Positions 51,072-62,200 of a stretch of DNA of 64,000 bases are shown here, one piece after another; position 1 is the stretch's first letter; the number at the start of each line of letters is the position of its first letter. The position numbers were made by a program, and so were the translations under genes. This DNA comes from an uncultured virus (IMG/VR IMGVR_UViG_3300047312_000104) (lineage: Duplodnaviria; Heunggongvirae; Uroviricota; Caudoviricetes): the IMG/VR virus record IMGVR_UViG_3300047312_000104, one strand, 5' to 3'. Under the pieces are notes generated by a model. It saw only the letters and a program-made list of their open reading frames with translations. It made no database searches and had not been told where the DNA came from.

Positions 51072-51448
51072 TACTGGTCCCCGAACAGCTCAGGGAAGTG
51101 GCGTGGCTCTATCGTGCGTGGCCCGATCGCCTGGTTGACGTAATCAGGGCTGATCCCTGCCTCGTAACAACACATGCCAGCGATCGTCTGGCACTTCTGG
51201 AGGTCCTCTAGGTCCTTGGGGTCCACCATGAAGCACTCGATGAAACAACACCAAAGCTGGTGGGCCTTGAGGACCTTCACCTTCCCATCGTCCACCTGGG
51301 TGGCGAGGGTTTCAAGGAAGCGTTGGACCATCGGGTAGTCGTTACCGTTCATGGCCTCCTTGAGCCGTCCGGACATTCCACGGATCGTCTGGGCCGCCAC
51401 CTCAGGGGACATTGAGCGCCATGTCTCGGGTGTGATGGGGTCGTGCAT
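51071..51448 (-). CDS. hypothetical, paralog of 50649-51071
   Basis: shared W.SMSPEVAAQT and CC.EAGISPD. Confidence 0.75.
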   Translation of the reverse strand: MHDPITPETWRSMSPEVAAQTIRGMSGRLKEAMNGNDYPMVQRFLETLATQVDDGKVKVLKAHQLWCCFIECFMVDPKDLEDLQKCQTIAGMCCYEAGISPDYVNQAIGPRTIEPRHFPELFGDQ

Positions 51449-52925
51449 GGTCAGTCGTCCCTCCATGGACGCTTCGGTTTAGACTCATCTTTAACCCCAT
51501 CCCCATACCCGTAGGCGGCACCCAGGATGAAGATCAGGGCGGCAAAGAACACGCCGTAGCATATAAGGGCGGCTGTGATGGGGGTCATCTGCTAGTCCTG
51601 TCTCTCATCTTGGCGACCCCACCAGTACCCGAAGGAGTAGAAGAGGAGTGCCTGGGCTACGAACAAAAGTGTCATCCCGCCAGGGCTCATTGGTGCTTAG
51701 CCCGTTCGTCATCCCGGCCCCAGCAGTACCCGAGGGACACCATCAGGACCGAGTTAAAGATGAACCAGAAGAGAGTACTGCTCATGAGATGATCCACTCC
51801 ACTATGGTTCCGATGAGGAGACCAATGAGGACCCCAAGGGTCAAGCCGCTCACGACGAGGGCGAGGAAGCAGATGGGGTTCACTGGATTAGCCATTCGGT
51901 CAAGATCCATGCCAGCAGGAGCATCAGGGGTCCGACCAGAAGCACCGTTAGCAAGCCACTTACGATCATCACAAGAATGCTCATTTGAGGATCCAGTCGA
52001 GGATAGCGAGAACAGTCATGCCGACCATCACGGCCCCTAGGGCTACCATGAGGACGCACATGATGGTGATGAACACGAGCATAGCTATCCCTATTTCCAC
52101 TTCGGTTTGCCGGGCGGCCTAGTGCCGTTACAGATCCCGCCATTGACAATCGATTCGTACGCGAAGATCAGAAGCCCGATACTGAGAATGAACCCAGCTA
52201 TGCACCCGAAGACGATCAGGAGGACCAGGCAAGGAGCCATTACGAGCACACCTTTGTTCTGGCCCCTACGAGCCAATCAGGGCCCCACAGGGGATCACTG
52301 GTGAGTTGATTGACCACAAGGGTCCCCTGTGGGCCCTCTGGACGCAAGATAACCCGGGAGGGCTCACAGGTGACCCTTAGAGCGTTATAGGGCCTCTGGG
52401 GGAGATCCACCATGGCATCCTGGTCAGCCTGAGATGGACTGACCCAGTAGGAGGTCGGCTGAGCTGATCCCCGGATGGAGAACACTTCCCACTCGTCTTC
52501 AAGGGTCCACGCGAGACTCTCTGGCCAGAGAGTCTGGATCCGGTACAGGAGATACCGGGCGGTCTCGACTGGGTCCCCTGAGGGTACCTGGAGGACTACC
52601 TCCACCTTAACCGCCTGCACCCAGGCTGGTGATCTTGGCAGCCTCGTATTCGGCCTTGGGGACCACGAGGTTGTAGTCGGTGGTGTGACCCTGGATCCGC
52701 AACCGGATGGTGGCCAGGGGGGCAGACCCGATCAACTCACCGTCGGACCAGCTCGACACCTTCCGGAGATCGATCGCGGTAACGACCTGGGGGGTCAATC
52801 CGCCGGTGATGGGGTTGATGGTGGATGGGTAGTAGATATGGGAAGAAGTGACAGGAACAGCCATGGGGAGTACTCAGGGGTAGTGGTGATGGGTAGTGAC
52901 AGGAGATGTCACACGAGTGATAGGT

Positions 52926-52963
52926 AAAAGAAAAGAACAGGGGGCCCACTGGGGGACCCCCTG
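52926..52963 (-). terminator. intrinsic terminator
   Basis: CAGGGGG-TCCC..GGG-CCCCCTG-TTCTTTTCTTTT. Confidence 0.75.
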
Positions 52964-52998
52964 ACCATATGTGGCGGGCTAATGAGTCAAGAGGATCC

Positions 52999-53484
52999 CT
53001 AGAGGCTGGTCTCGATCAAATCGGCAATACGCTGGAAGGTTGCCTCGCCGCCGGCATAGGGGACGTACCTTGAGTCATTAACCTCAGCTATCCGGAAGCT
53101 CCCTACGCCCTCGTGGGTAATTACTTTGACCATGGGGTGGACGTTCCAGCAATCAGGAGGGTCCCCTTCTTCCCATTCGTCCCGATCATCGTCCGTATAG
53201 TCGTTACTCTTCAGTCCAGCCCATTCGGCTACTAATGGGTGTACCCCGGCATCCGATACCCCCTTCCCAACCTTAAAGTCGAGCACGTTGCCAGACCTCC
53301 ACGCGGTGCAGCCATCAACCCATTCCCCAGCTCCAGTTTCGGCCCTGTAGAGCTCACATAGGATCCCGAGGGGACAGTACTGTTCGGACCCGTCGTCACT
53401 TATGCGCTTGAGAGCCCCGTGACTCTGCTGGTATTCCCCGCCCCGGAGGGCAGCTAACCATTTTGTTTGTATCTCTGGGCGCAT
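52999..53484 (-). CDS. YCCLGVLC-family phage protein (copy 1)
   Basis: W..ALR.GEY.Q...YCPLGILCELY...IADLIE.SL. Confidence 0.75.
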   Translation of the reverse strand: MRPEIQTKWLAALRGGEYQQSHGALKRISDDGSEQYCPLGILCELYRAETGAGEWVDGCTAWRSGNVLDFKVGKGVSDAGVHPLVAEWAGLKSNDYTDDDRDEWEEGDPPDCWNVHPMVKVITHEGVGSFRIAEVNDSRYVPYAGGEATFQRIADLIETSL

Positions 53485-54671
53485 CGAATCTCCCGTTACA
53501 GTCGTGGACTAAGCTGGGATTGTAGCAGCCGTTGTTGTTGTCGGTCGAACATCGCCTGACTCCAACGCTTCACAAGGGTCTCAGGAGTATCCCCTCGGCG
53601 CAGCTCTACTGCGGTTCCGTTGAACTGAGCCCACACGGGCCAGCGATAATCGGATGATTCAGCAGATTTGATGGCGCGCTTTAGGAACGTTACTATGTAT
53701 TCGCCCGGCTCTGCGTTCACCATCTCCGGGACGGTCCCGCCTTCTTTCATCCGAACCTCTTGAGGAGCACGGGTTTGATGGCCTTAAGGTTTTGCAGAAC
53801 TGCTTCCCGGTAGTCTCGCTCCCGCACCGCGATTCCACTTCGATACCGGTATATGTTGCGGCCACGCTCGCCCCAGATTCGATCGACCAGATCTGGTCTG
53901 AGATCCGGGTAGACGGCACGCCGGGTGCTTGGCTTACCTAGCTCGCCCCGTAACCAAATCAGGTGTGATCTAACCTCGGCCCAATCCACATCCTCTAGGC
54001 CATTCGGGACCGCGCGGTCCTCCCTGGCAGCCAGCTCTATTGCCTTGAGGGTCCCCCTGATGGTCTTGTGGCGCTTCAAGAGCCGCTCTGCCCACCATAT
54101 TCCGGTAGAGCACCCTTGACGTTCTTCTAGGAACTTGAGGAACCGCTCTTCCCCCAAGGCCCTCATCGGAGCCCCAGGGCTTGGCGTTCGTCAGGGGTCA
54201 GCTTCGACAAAGCCCTATTCCGGATCATCTTCTGCTCAAGGTGGACCCGGCGACGATCTTCCCTGACCCTGCGGTCCTGGGCATCTTTCGCCTTATGGGC
54301 TTCCCACCAGTTCCGAAGGTGCGCGCTGACCATGGTGGGGATCCGGCCGGTGGGTTCTATTACGGTCATGGCCTCGCACAGCATGTTGGCCAGATCGTCG
54401 TTTCGACGTTCGAGCCGCTCGATCTCGTCAGGGGTGCCTTCGTCGTGTGAGCTACAGTCGGGTGGATAGTCGCTGCATGGCATGGATTATTCCTTCTTGG
54501 TGGTTGTCTATGAATCGCTTGAGCACTTCAGCGCACATATCAGCGTCATCCCTTAGCTCCTTGGCCAGGTCGGGAAATGCGAGCGCGTTGTGCTTGGCCG
54601 TACATAAGTCGCGTGCCATACGGGCCACCACGGCATTGTACTCTATCTCGTTGAGGATCTCGGAGATCATA

Positions 54672-55352
54672 TCAGCGCCCTATCACGATTCCGTTGAACG
54701 GCCGACGAGAGCTACGGGGGACGCGCGATTCGAGCTTCAGGTCAGCCTTGCAGAAGACCTCATCGACACAGGTTCCATGTTGGGCCAGGAGGGTCACGAA
54801 GAACCGACCATCGGTGAAGCCACGGCTAGAGGCGCACGCCCCTATGCACTTAAATCGATGGCCTTGGCCGATTGAACTATTGAGGTCCAACAGGTAGCAG
54901 TCGCCCGAATACAGCTCATCCGTGGTACGTTCATACCCAGCCGGCTCCAAGATCGCGTCCGCCTCGCCCCCGTCCAACATGTGGACCACGAACTGGTCCT
55001 CTGGCTGGAATGCCACCACGATCCCATCATTCGGGATTGGGGAGGTGAAGAGATCGAGGACTCGCCTGGCATGGGATGCCCTGACGAACAGATGGGTGAC
55101 GTCGCGATCTCCTTGGTCCCCTTGGGTATCGGGGATTATCATCAGGTACTGGGTCTTGTTCATGGGTCCCCTGGTTCTTTCCCGGTATAGCCGGTAGGCG
55201 GCCATGGCCGCTGCGTCGTCCTCGTAGTACTCGCAGGTATCGCATCTCTCGATCGTCTCTTCAGTTGGGGCATTCGGCCGAGGATGCAAAGTGACTTCCA
55301 GCCACCCACGATCATTGCAGGTGTTACAGGTCACCCGAGGACTTCCCGACAA
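54672..55352 (-). CDS. hypothetical; Zn-finger fused to MNKTQYL-family domain
   Basis: internal MNKTQYL matches start of 58961-59455. Confidence 0.6.
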   Translation of the reverse strand: MSGSPRVTCNTCNDRGWLEVTLHPRPNAPTEETIERCDTCEYYEDDAAAMAAYRLYRERTRGPMNKTQYLMIIPDTQGDQGDRDVTHLFVRASHARRVLDLFTSPIPNDGIVVAFQPEDQFVVHMLDGGEADAILEPAGYERTTDELYSGDCYLLDLNSSIGQGHRFKCIGACASSRGFTDGRFFVTLLAQHGTCVDEVFCKADLKLESRVPRSSRRPFNGIVIGR

Positions 55353-56990
55353 TAGGTGGCGAAAGCCTTATCGGCTTGCTGTTCGGAATCATAGGGACCG
55401 TGGGCCTCATAGCCTTCGTCCCAGAAGTACCATCCAGCACAATCGACCCGCCACCGCTCAGCCTCTTCAGCCGTCACATAAGCGACATTTGGGCCACTCA
55501 TCCGAGCTCCTTACAGTATTCGTTGAAGGCCGCCAAGGCACCTTCGCCGGTCTGGTAGGGGCCGTGGCACTGCTCAGACTCGTCGATGAAATACCACCCC
55601 GGTTGATCAGGGTAGGAGAGTTCATCTGGGCGATTAAAAGCTTCCGTGTGGGTGATGTACCGGATCTGCTGGTGGGCTGCCTGGAAGTCTGCCCGCTCAC
55701 GAGCCTGCTTCTCGAACATCCCACAGACGATCGCCCAATAGATCTCCCAATACCGCTGCCGCTCACGGCTGTGAACCTTCCGGACATGCTGCCATGCGCG
55801 GCGCCAAATTGCGCGATGACGAAGTTGACCGAACATCAGTCATCGTCCTCATCACACGCATCGTCGATCGCATCTGCAATCTCGTCCAGCTTGATGGGGT
55901 CGCGCTCCCTCAGGGGCCGCCTGACCGGGTCTGTGATGTCGTCCAGGACCTTCAACGGTACATTGACGAGTCGCACGGGAGTACTGATGATCTTGCCTAG
56001 GATGCGGCCAAACATTTGGTGCCTTTCGGGGCCCTTCCGGGCTTTTGGCGGTATTTGGAGAAGAAGCGATTCTCATACGTGGGGAGCTTGAGGAAGTTGA
56101 TCTTCAGCTGTCGGAGGGCTTTCTCCTCAGTGGAGAGGGACCATGGCTCTGTGGCCAGCGGTCCACTAACTGACCAGCCTGGCCCATCAGGATTACAGCG
56201 GTAGCGACAAGTCAGATTGGCCGTGTACCCGTCAGGGGACTTCCAGATCCCAACATAGGTAACCACGAGATCCTTCCGCCTGAACCTACTTATGAGCGCC
56301 ATAATGATCCGGCTTGAGGTTGATCACACCGATTTCCAGACCGTCACGGAACGCAGCGTTGACGAGCTTCTTGGCTGTCTGGAGTTCGTCCCACTGGGCC
56401 ACTGCTGTGGTCGGTGAACGACACCAGGTGCTGCAAACCCCGCAGAGGCATTCGATCCTCCAGTGAGGTAGGTCCCCTTCCCACGGGTGTTTGCCGGGGA
56501 CCAGGTTTATGTGATCACGCGAAAGGCTCCCACATGACCGGCACAGCTGGATATTCTTCGTATAATAAGCACTTTCTCTGGTCTTTATCACTTCATGTCC
56601 TCTTCGTCCCATTGGAGGTCGTCGTAGTCACGTTCGACATGATTGTCGATATCGCTTACGATCTTCTCAAGGTACAGCCAGGCCTTATCCATCAGATGTT
56701 GATCAGTTACGTTGCCACCTTGCAACATCCTGTCTCTGGCTTCCAAAAGCCTCTGGGCAGCTCGCAGGAGTGTCACTTGGGTCCCTTGAGGGCTTCGATT
56801 TGCTTTTCAAGGTCCACCATCGTATCCACGAACCTATTGGTAATAGAGTCGTGTCGGATGGTGTCCAACCCCGCCGCATGGATCTGCTTAAGTAGTCCGA
56901 CGATGTCCACTGCCGGGACTACCAGGCTCAAGCCTTCGAGGGCCTCATCGTCATAGTGAGGGTCTAAATCCAGGTCGATCAGGAACTTCC

Positions 56991-57413
56991 TCACAGGCTG
57001 GACTCGATCCGGTCTGCGATCTCAGCGAACGAATATCTTTTGTTACCCAGCGCCCAAGTATCACCATCGTTCAGGTTAGATAAACTCGTAGAGGTACAGC
57101 CGTGAAGACACGAGTCTATGCCAACATTAGGATTCAAATCTAGCAAACCAGCCCAATTGGCCACTTCCGTAGGTAATACGGAATCTTCGATATGTTTGCC
57201 GACCTTAAACGCCCAATACTTCTTCGAGGTTACCAGTACCCATTTACCCCTACCAGTCGCGCGTCGGTATAGGTCGCACAGGACCCCCAGGCAGCAATAT
57301 CTGCTCTTACCAGCCTTGTTTTTTATCCTCAGGGCATTACGGCCCTGCTTGTACCGCTTGCCCTTCAGGGCCCCGCACCATAGCTTCTGAACCTTCGGTT
57401 TCATCTTCTTCAT
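56991..57413 (-). CDS. YCCLGVLC-family phage protein (copy 2)
   Basis: same motifs. Confidence 0.75.
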   Translation of the reverse strand: MKKMKPKVQKLWCGALKGKRYKQGRNALRIKNKAGKSRYCCLGVLCDLYRRATGRGKWVLVTSKKYWAFKVGKHIEDSVLPTEVANWAGLLDLNPNVGIDSCLHGCTSTSLSNLNDGDTWALGNKRYSFAEIADRIESSL

Positions 57414-57763
57414 AGGGATCTCTCTATGGCATCTGCCATTTGTTCGAATGTAGTATCGTATCGATCGTTTAGTTTCATCAACCTAACCCGTTGACCATAC
57501 ACATCCTGAACCACGTCATGATAGCTGAGCCCTGCCCATTCTTGAACCTGAGTAGGCAACATGGCGTGGAGGCCATATAAAGAATAGGTATCGCGCGACC
57601 CGGTATCCTTTACCCATTCGACCCTCTTGTGCTTCTTCCGGTACAGGTCGCACAGGACCCCCAGGGTACAGTAGCAGTCACCCTTCCGGAGGGCCCCTAC
57701 GGTCTTGCGATATTCGCCTGACCGGAGGGCCTTACACAGGTCCGTCTTAACCTCCTGGTTCAC
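57410..57763 (-). CDS. YCCLGVLC-family phage protein (copy 3)
   Basis: same motifs; GTGA overlap start. Confidence 0.75.
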   Translation of the reverse strand: MNQEVKTDLCKALRSGEYRKTVGALRKGDCYCTLGVLCDLYRKKHKRVEWVKDTGSRDTYSLYGLHAMLPTQVQEWAGLSYHDVVQDVYGQRVRLMKLNDRYDTTFEQMADAIERSL

Positions 57764-58128
57764 AGGGAACGCTCGATCGCCTGAGCGATCGTACTGAAGT
57801 TGCATTCGAGCTCATCATTAACATGACTCAACACCGCTGCGCCGCCCTCGCGGAGCGTGACATTGGGATCACACGACTCTAGCCCGGCCCATTCCATGAC
57901 TTCGCGAGGTAGAACACAGTCTTCACCTAAGAACGTGAAGCGCTCCGGGTGCTCCGAGTCCTCCTCGCTCCTGATCCATTCCCCTTTACCGGTTTCCTTG
58001 CGGTAGCGCTCACATAGGACACCCAGGCAGCAGAATTCTCCGTCTTCATTGTGGAGACAGTGGACACCCTGGTTGAACTTCCCTGACCTCAGATCAGCTT
58101 GCCATCCGAATTTGACATCACTCTTCAT
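57760..58128 (-). CDS. YCCLGVLC-family phage protein (copy 4)
   Basis: same motifs. Confidence 0.75.
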   Translation of the reverse strand: MKSDVKFGWQADLRSGKFNQGVHCLHNEDGEFCCLGVLCERYRKETGKGEWIRSEEDSEHPERFTFLGEDCVLPREVMEWAGLESCDPNVTLREGGAAVLSHVNDELECNFSTIAQAIERSL

Positions 58129-58960
58129 CCCCGTCTCCTTGTTTCTGTTTTAGTAGTCATCCCTACGGCCGAACATAAACCAACTAACCACGCATGACAC
58201 GATGGCTACCAAGAGCCATACCCCCACGGTCCCTAGTTCCTGCATGATGTCTGGATTCATTTGCGGTTATTCCATAGTCCGAAGAGCCATTCGAGGAGCA
58301 CCCATGCCCAGAACCCGGCGATGACCCAGCACGCCACATGCGATAACACCATCAGCTCCCCATAAAGATCACTCACCTGATCTCTTTGAGATCACGGATG
58401 GCCCCCCCCCAGCCTGATCCGTGATCCGTCTAATGGTTCCGAGGCGACCTCAGCATCGGAATGGGGTCCCCACATGAGCCTGTGGAGCTTCTCCAGGAGG
58501 GCCAGGACCTCGTCGGCCCGACACCACTTATCATCTCCAGCGAAGACGCCGTCTTCTCCCTTCGTTTCCGCACAGATCTGTTCGTAACGGTCGACGTATA
58601 GGGTATAGCGCTTCACGCCCGCTCCAGCCCCAACAGGGAATGCCGGATGAGCCCGATCCTCCACAGGAGGTCGGCCCGTTGGGTTTCGAGAGTCCTCTTG
58701 AGGGCCCCCCTGGCCGCATCGTGGTCAGCCACGTGGCCCAGGCCCACGAGCTTCTCATTAACCCCATAGAGGTCCCGGGTCAGTTCCGCGTGGGTCTTCT
58801 GCTTACTGTTCATCCTGCTGTTCCTTCACTTTAGATTGTTGCCGTTCAGTCCTGGTGGTCTTACGCTTGGTCACCTTACCGGGGATCCCGCCGTGCTTGT
58901 TATGCGGCCTCCGCCCCCAGTACTCGTACCCTGGGGCTTTCTTGGCCTTATCTGATCGGC

Positions 58961-59455
58961 TCATTCGACATTTTCCTCTTCGTTCATAGAACTCGTCGGG
59001 ATCACCGATTCCCCCTCCAAGTCTAATTCGATGAAGGTGGGGTCACCCGTGATGGGTTCTCCCCACTTACATATAAGCCGTATGCGGCTACTGGAGCCAC
59101 CGTAGTTAGCCACCACTGCGCCCAAGATGGCAACGGTTTCATCGGTAACGGCCGCAACATCGTTGGTGGACAAGTCCAACAGGTAGTTGGACCCCACTTC
59201 TAGCTCATCAGCGAGCAGATCGTACCCAGCCGTACTGATGCAACGCTGTACTTCCGAGCGTCTCAAACGGACGACATTAAATCGGTCCTCTTTGGCGAGC
59301 GGTACGATAACCCCCTCCACGTCGATCCCAGGTGGGAATCCTCTGACGAACTCCCTGAGGTAATTGGCACGGACCAACAGGCACCACAAGTGCCCCTCGT
59401 CGTCCCATTCCTCGTCAGGTGAAGGAGACATCAGCAGGTATTGGGTCTTGTTCAT
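58961..59455 (-). CDS. hypothetical, MNKTQYL family
   Basis: paralogous to C-terminal part of 54672-55352. Confidence 0.65.
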   Translation of the reverse strand: MNKTQYLLMSPSPDEEWDDEGHLWCLLVRANYLREFVRGFPPGIDVEGVIVPLAKEDRFNVVRLRRSEVQRCISTAGYDLLADELEVGSNYLLDLSTNDVAAVTDETVAILGAVVANYGGSSSRIRLICKWGEPITGDPTFIELDLEGESVIPTSSMNEEENVE

Positions 59456-60301
59456 CAGTACCTCGGGATGTTGAGCCGCACGACGGTGCGGTTGCAGGCG
59501 TGGCGGACTGGTAGCGATTCGTGGAGGGTCCCGACGGTTCCAACATGGCAGTACCCGGCGTCGAGCTCCACGGCCCGCATACCCTGTATGTTCACATCAG
59601 CACAGTCTCCGCCACGGTGGATCCCGCCAGGGCAATGACCGACAAATGCCCGGCAGGCCGCGATATCGCTGGCCAACAACAGCATCTCGGGAGCTTCGAA
59701 CGTAGCGGTCTCCCAGGGGTCCCCTAGACAGTTGAGGGTGCTAGGAGTCGACTTATGGGACGGTGGCCAAGCATCTGGCAGCGTTGAGGGATGATGGGTC
59801 CCTGGGGAACTCTTGTGGGATGGGGGCCAAGTCCCGGGCGCTGGGGTCGGATCCACGGGGTGGTGGGTCCCTGGAGATCCGGTGTGGCTCCCATCGGTCA
59901 ACTTCCGGCGAGGCGGCCACCAGGGCAGAACCTTGTCGGGGTCGAGAAGGGGGCCATCGGGACGGCTTGGGATTCCACGGAATGGCTTCTCCTCTGGCTC
60001 ATCGACCCGGCGCGACCGCCAATCCCCATTACCACCATGCGCCCTTATGGTCTGCCCCCCAATACCCATCCACGTGGATACCAGGACGACGGTGGAACTG
60101 GCCGCCCACGAGAGCCTGCTGGTCCACCATCAGGTACATGACCCGAGGGACCAGCCCCGCCAACATACAATCGACCGTGATGGCCCAACGGGCCAACCGG
60201 GCGGGCAGCTTGGCGTTATAGATGGGTTCCATGTAGACGCGTTCGCCAGTGAAGGCCGGGAAGGCAACCTGACGGCGCCTCTCGATGGTACTTAGGTGCA
60301 T
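59455..60301 (-). pseudogene. frameshifted 2OG-Fe(II) oxygenase-like gene
   Basis: HRRPGIHVDG (HxD) in one frame, LHESLPV...RTVVRL in the +1 frame; switch at G6 run 60055-60060. Confidence 0.6.
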
Positions 60302-61552
60302 GGAATCCCTTGGGTTGGTTAGAAGATATCGTCCGTATCGTCGTCTACGTCTTCCTGGATCTCGCAGTCGGCCTCTACGGGGTCGAAGGGTCGTTCAGCT
60401 GGAGCCTCATCGACATGCCCAGACCCGCGACAAGAAGGACAGGTCTCATCCCTGGCCCCCCAGTACCCGTACCCGCCGCACATCTGGCAATTGCGGGTAT
60501 TAGAACGCGGCAGCAGCCACTCTCCGGCCTTAGTTTCGGCCAACTCTGGCTTCTTACTCATGCCCCATCTCCTGGCCGTGGTTCGTCTTCTTCCATGGCT
60601 GACCCTCTCGCGACCCAGCCCTGTTGGTAGGCATTGGCGAATGACTGGTTGGTGGCCCGATTGGTGAAGTGCTCACCAATCTCTTTGGTGTTCAGCTCGA
60701 AACACTTTCTGGAACACCAGCTACGCCGGTCAAGGGTCCCCCATGACCGTTCTTCGATCTTGCACCCACATTCCTCACATCGTTCGCTCATCCTATCCCC
60801 CTACTTGTAAGTCCGTGTTGAAGGCATCCCGCATCCCTTGTCTGTACTGGGCTTCAGCCAAATCTTTAGCTGATTGGAGCTCATCCCACGCATCCATTGC
60901 TTCATCGACCGCCCCTATCGCCGGGCCACAGATCGGTCCGCTTACCCCGCATTCACACTTAACTTGCCAACTTCCGTCAGCCCTTTCGAAAATCCTCAAG
61001 GTACCACCGGCGGTATTGCGGCAAACTCTGCATTTGATGAGTCGCTTCATGTCTTGTCCTTCTCGTGAAGCTCTCGATAGGCCTCACTGGTGCGCCATGC
61101 ATCGTCGGCGCTCGGCATTCTGTAATTGCGAACCGTCACACTCGCTCGACCGGCATCGAATCCGGCCTTAAAGGAGCGCTCGATCTTCTGAGCTACCAAG
61201 CCCTTGGCGAGGTTTCTGGTTAGCCACTCACCAGCCGACTCTCCAGCGGGCATGGCCTCTTCGACCACGCCCAAGCAATCGTCACACACAGTCGTATCTA
61301 GATGCGGGTGTTTGGCTCGACATATGACACAAAGCCCATCGAAAGTCATGCGACTACGGCCGGTTCGTGTCTGAGTTGCCGTTCATAGCGAAGCTCAGCA
61401 CAAAGAGCCAGAAGACGCACCTCTAACTCAGCATAGTCGAACTTCATCAGCCACTTCATGTGGCACATATCGCACCCACACTTGGGCGGCTTCAGAGCCT
61501 TATACTGCCGAGCATGCCGGCAGGCTGTCATGGATCTCATCAGAGCCTTTCT

Positions 61553-61864
61553 TCACAGATCATTAAATCTGAAAACCATCCTACAAAACTTGTGATCAAC
61601 TTTCGCTATTACACCCTTGACACCATTTTCTAACAGATTGCACAAACTTCCGCCAAGATGCAGTCCTGGATTTTCGAAAATCCAATCGCTGCCGGTTGAC
61701 AACACTCCCCAAAATTTAATGGAAAAAGTTAGTGTCAACCGCATCTGCGTAGTATCTATGTTGCACAAGGTAAGATCGCGCTCGCTGTATCCATACATTT
61801 CTAACCAATCAGTAACCAGCCGGACTGCCTGCTCCATCCTGGCCTTCACCGTCATTTCTGTCAC
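61553..61864 (-). CDS. hypothetical, paralog of 61892-62200
   Basis: RME.AV..V..WLEM.G.S..DL...LTLTFS..FW. Confidence 0.7.
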   Translation of the reverse strand: MTEMTVKARMEQAVRLVTDWLEMYGYSERDLTLCNIDTTQMRLTLTFSIKFWGVLSTGSDWIFENPGLHLGGSLCNLLENGVKGVIAKVDHKFCRMVFRFNDL

Positions 61865-61891
61865 GTGTGTACCTTTGTGGCCTTATTGTGT

Positions 61892-62200
61892 CTAATAAAC
61901 ACGAAAAACAAAACCCAGTTTGCGTTCAGGGTGATTGGCGCGAGTGAAAGAGCAATCTGATGTAAGGACTAGGTCTATTAAACGCTGTGCGGTTCGAGGT
62001 CTGCCATTCTCAAAACGCCAACCGTCCCCATCAGAAAACTCTGCCCAGAAGTTTTTTGAAAAGGTCAATGTGAGTATTGTCTTTTCACTACTTACTGCAA
62101 ATCCTTCAAGATCGCATCCACTAAACCCGTGCATCTCTAACCAGTTCCTAACGTCCAAGACTGCTTTTTCCATCCTGGTCGTGATGGTAGGGTCGATCAT
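61892..62200 (-). CDS. hypothetical, paralog of 61553-61864
   Basis: same motif. Confidence 0.7.
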   Translation of the reverse strand: MIDPTITTRMEKAVLDVRNWLEMHGFSGCDLEGFAVSSEKTILTLTFSKNFWAEFSDGDGWRFENGRPRTAQRLIDLVLTSDCSFTRANHPERKLGFVFRVY

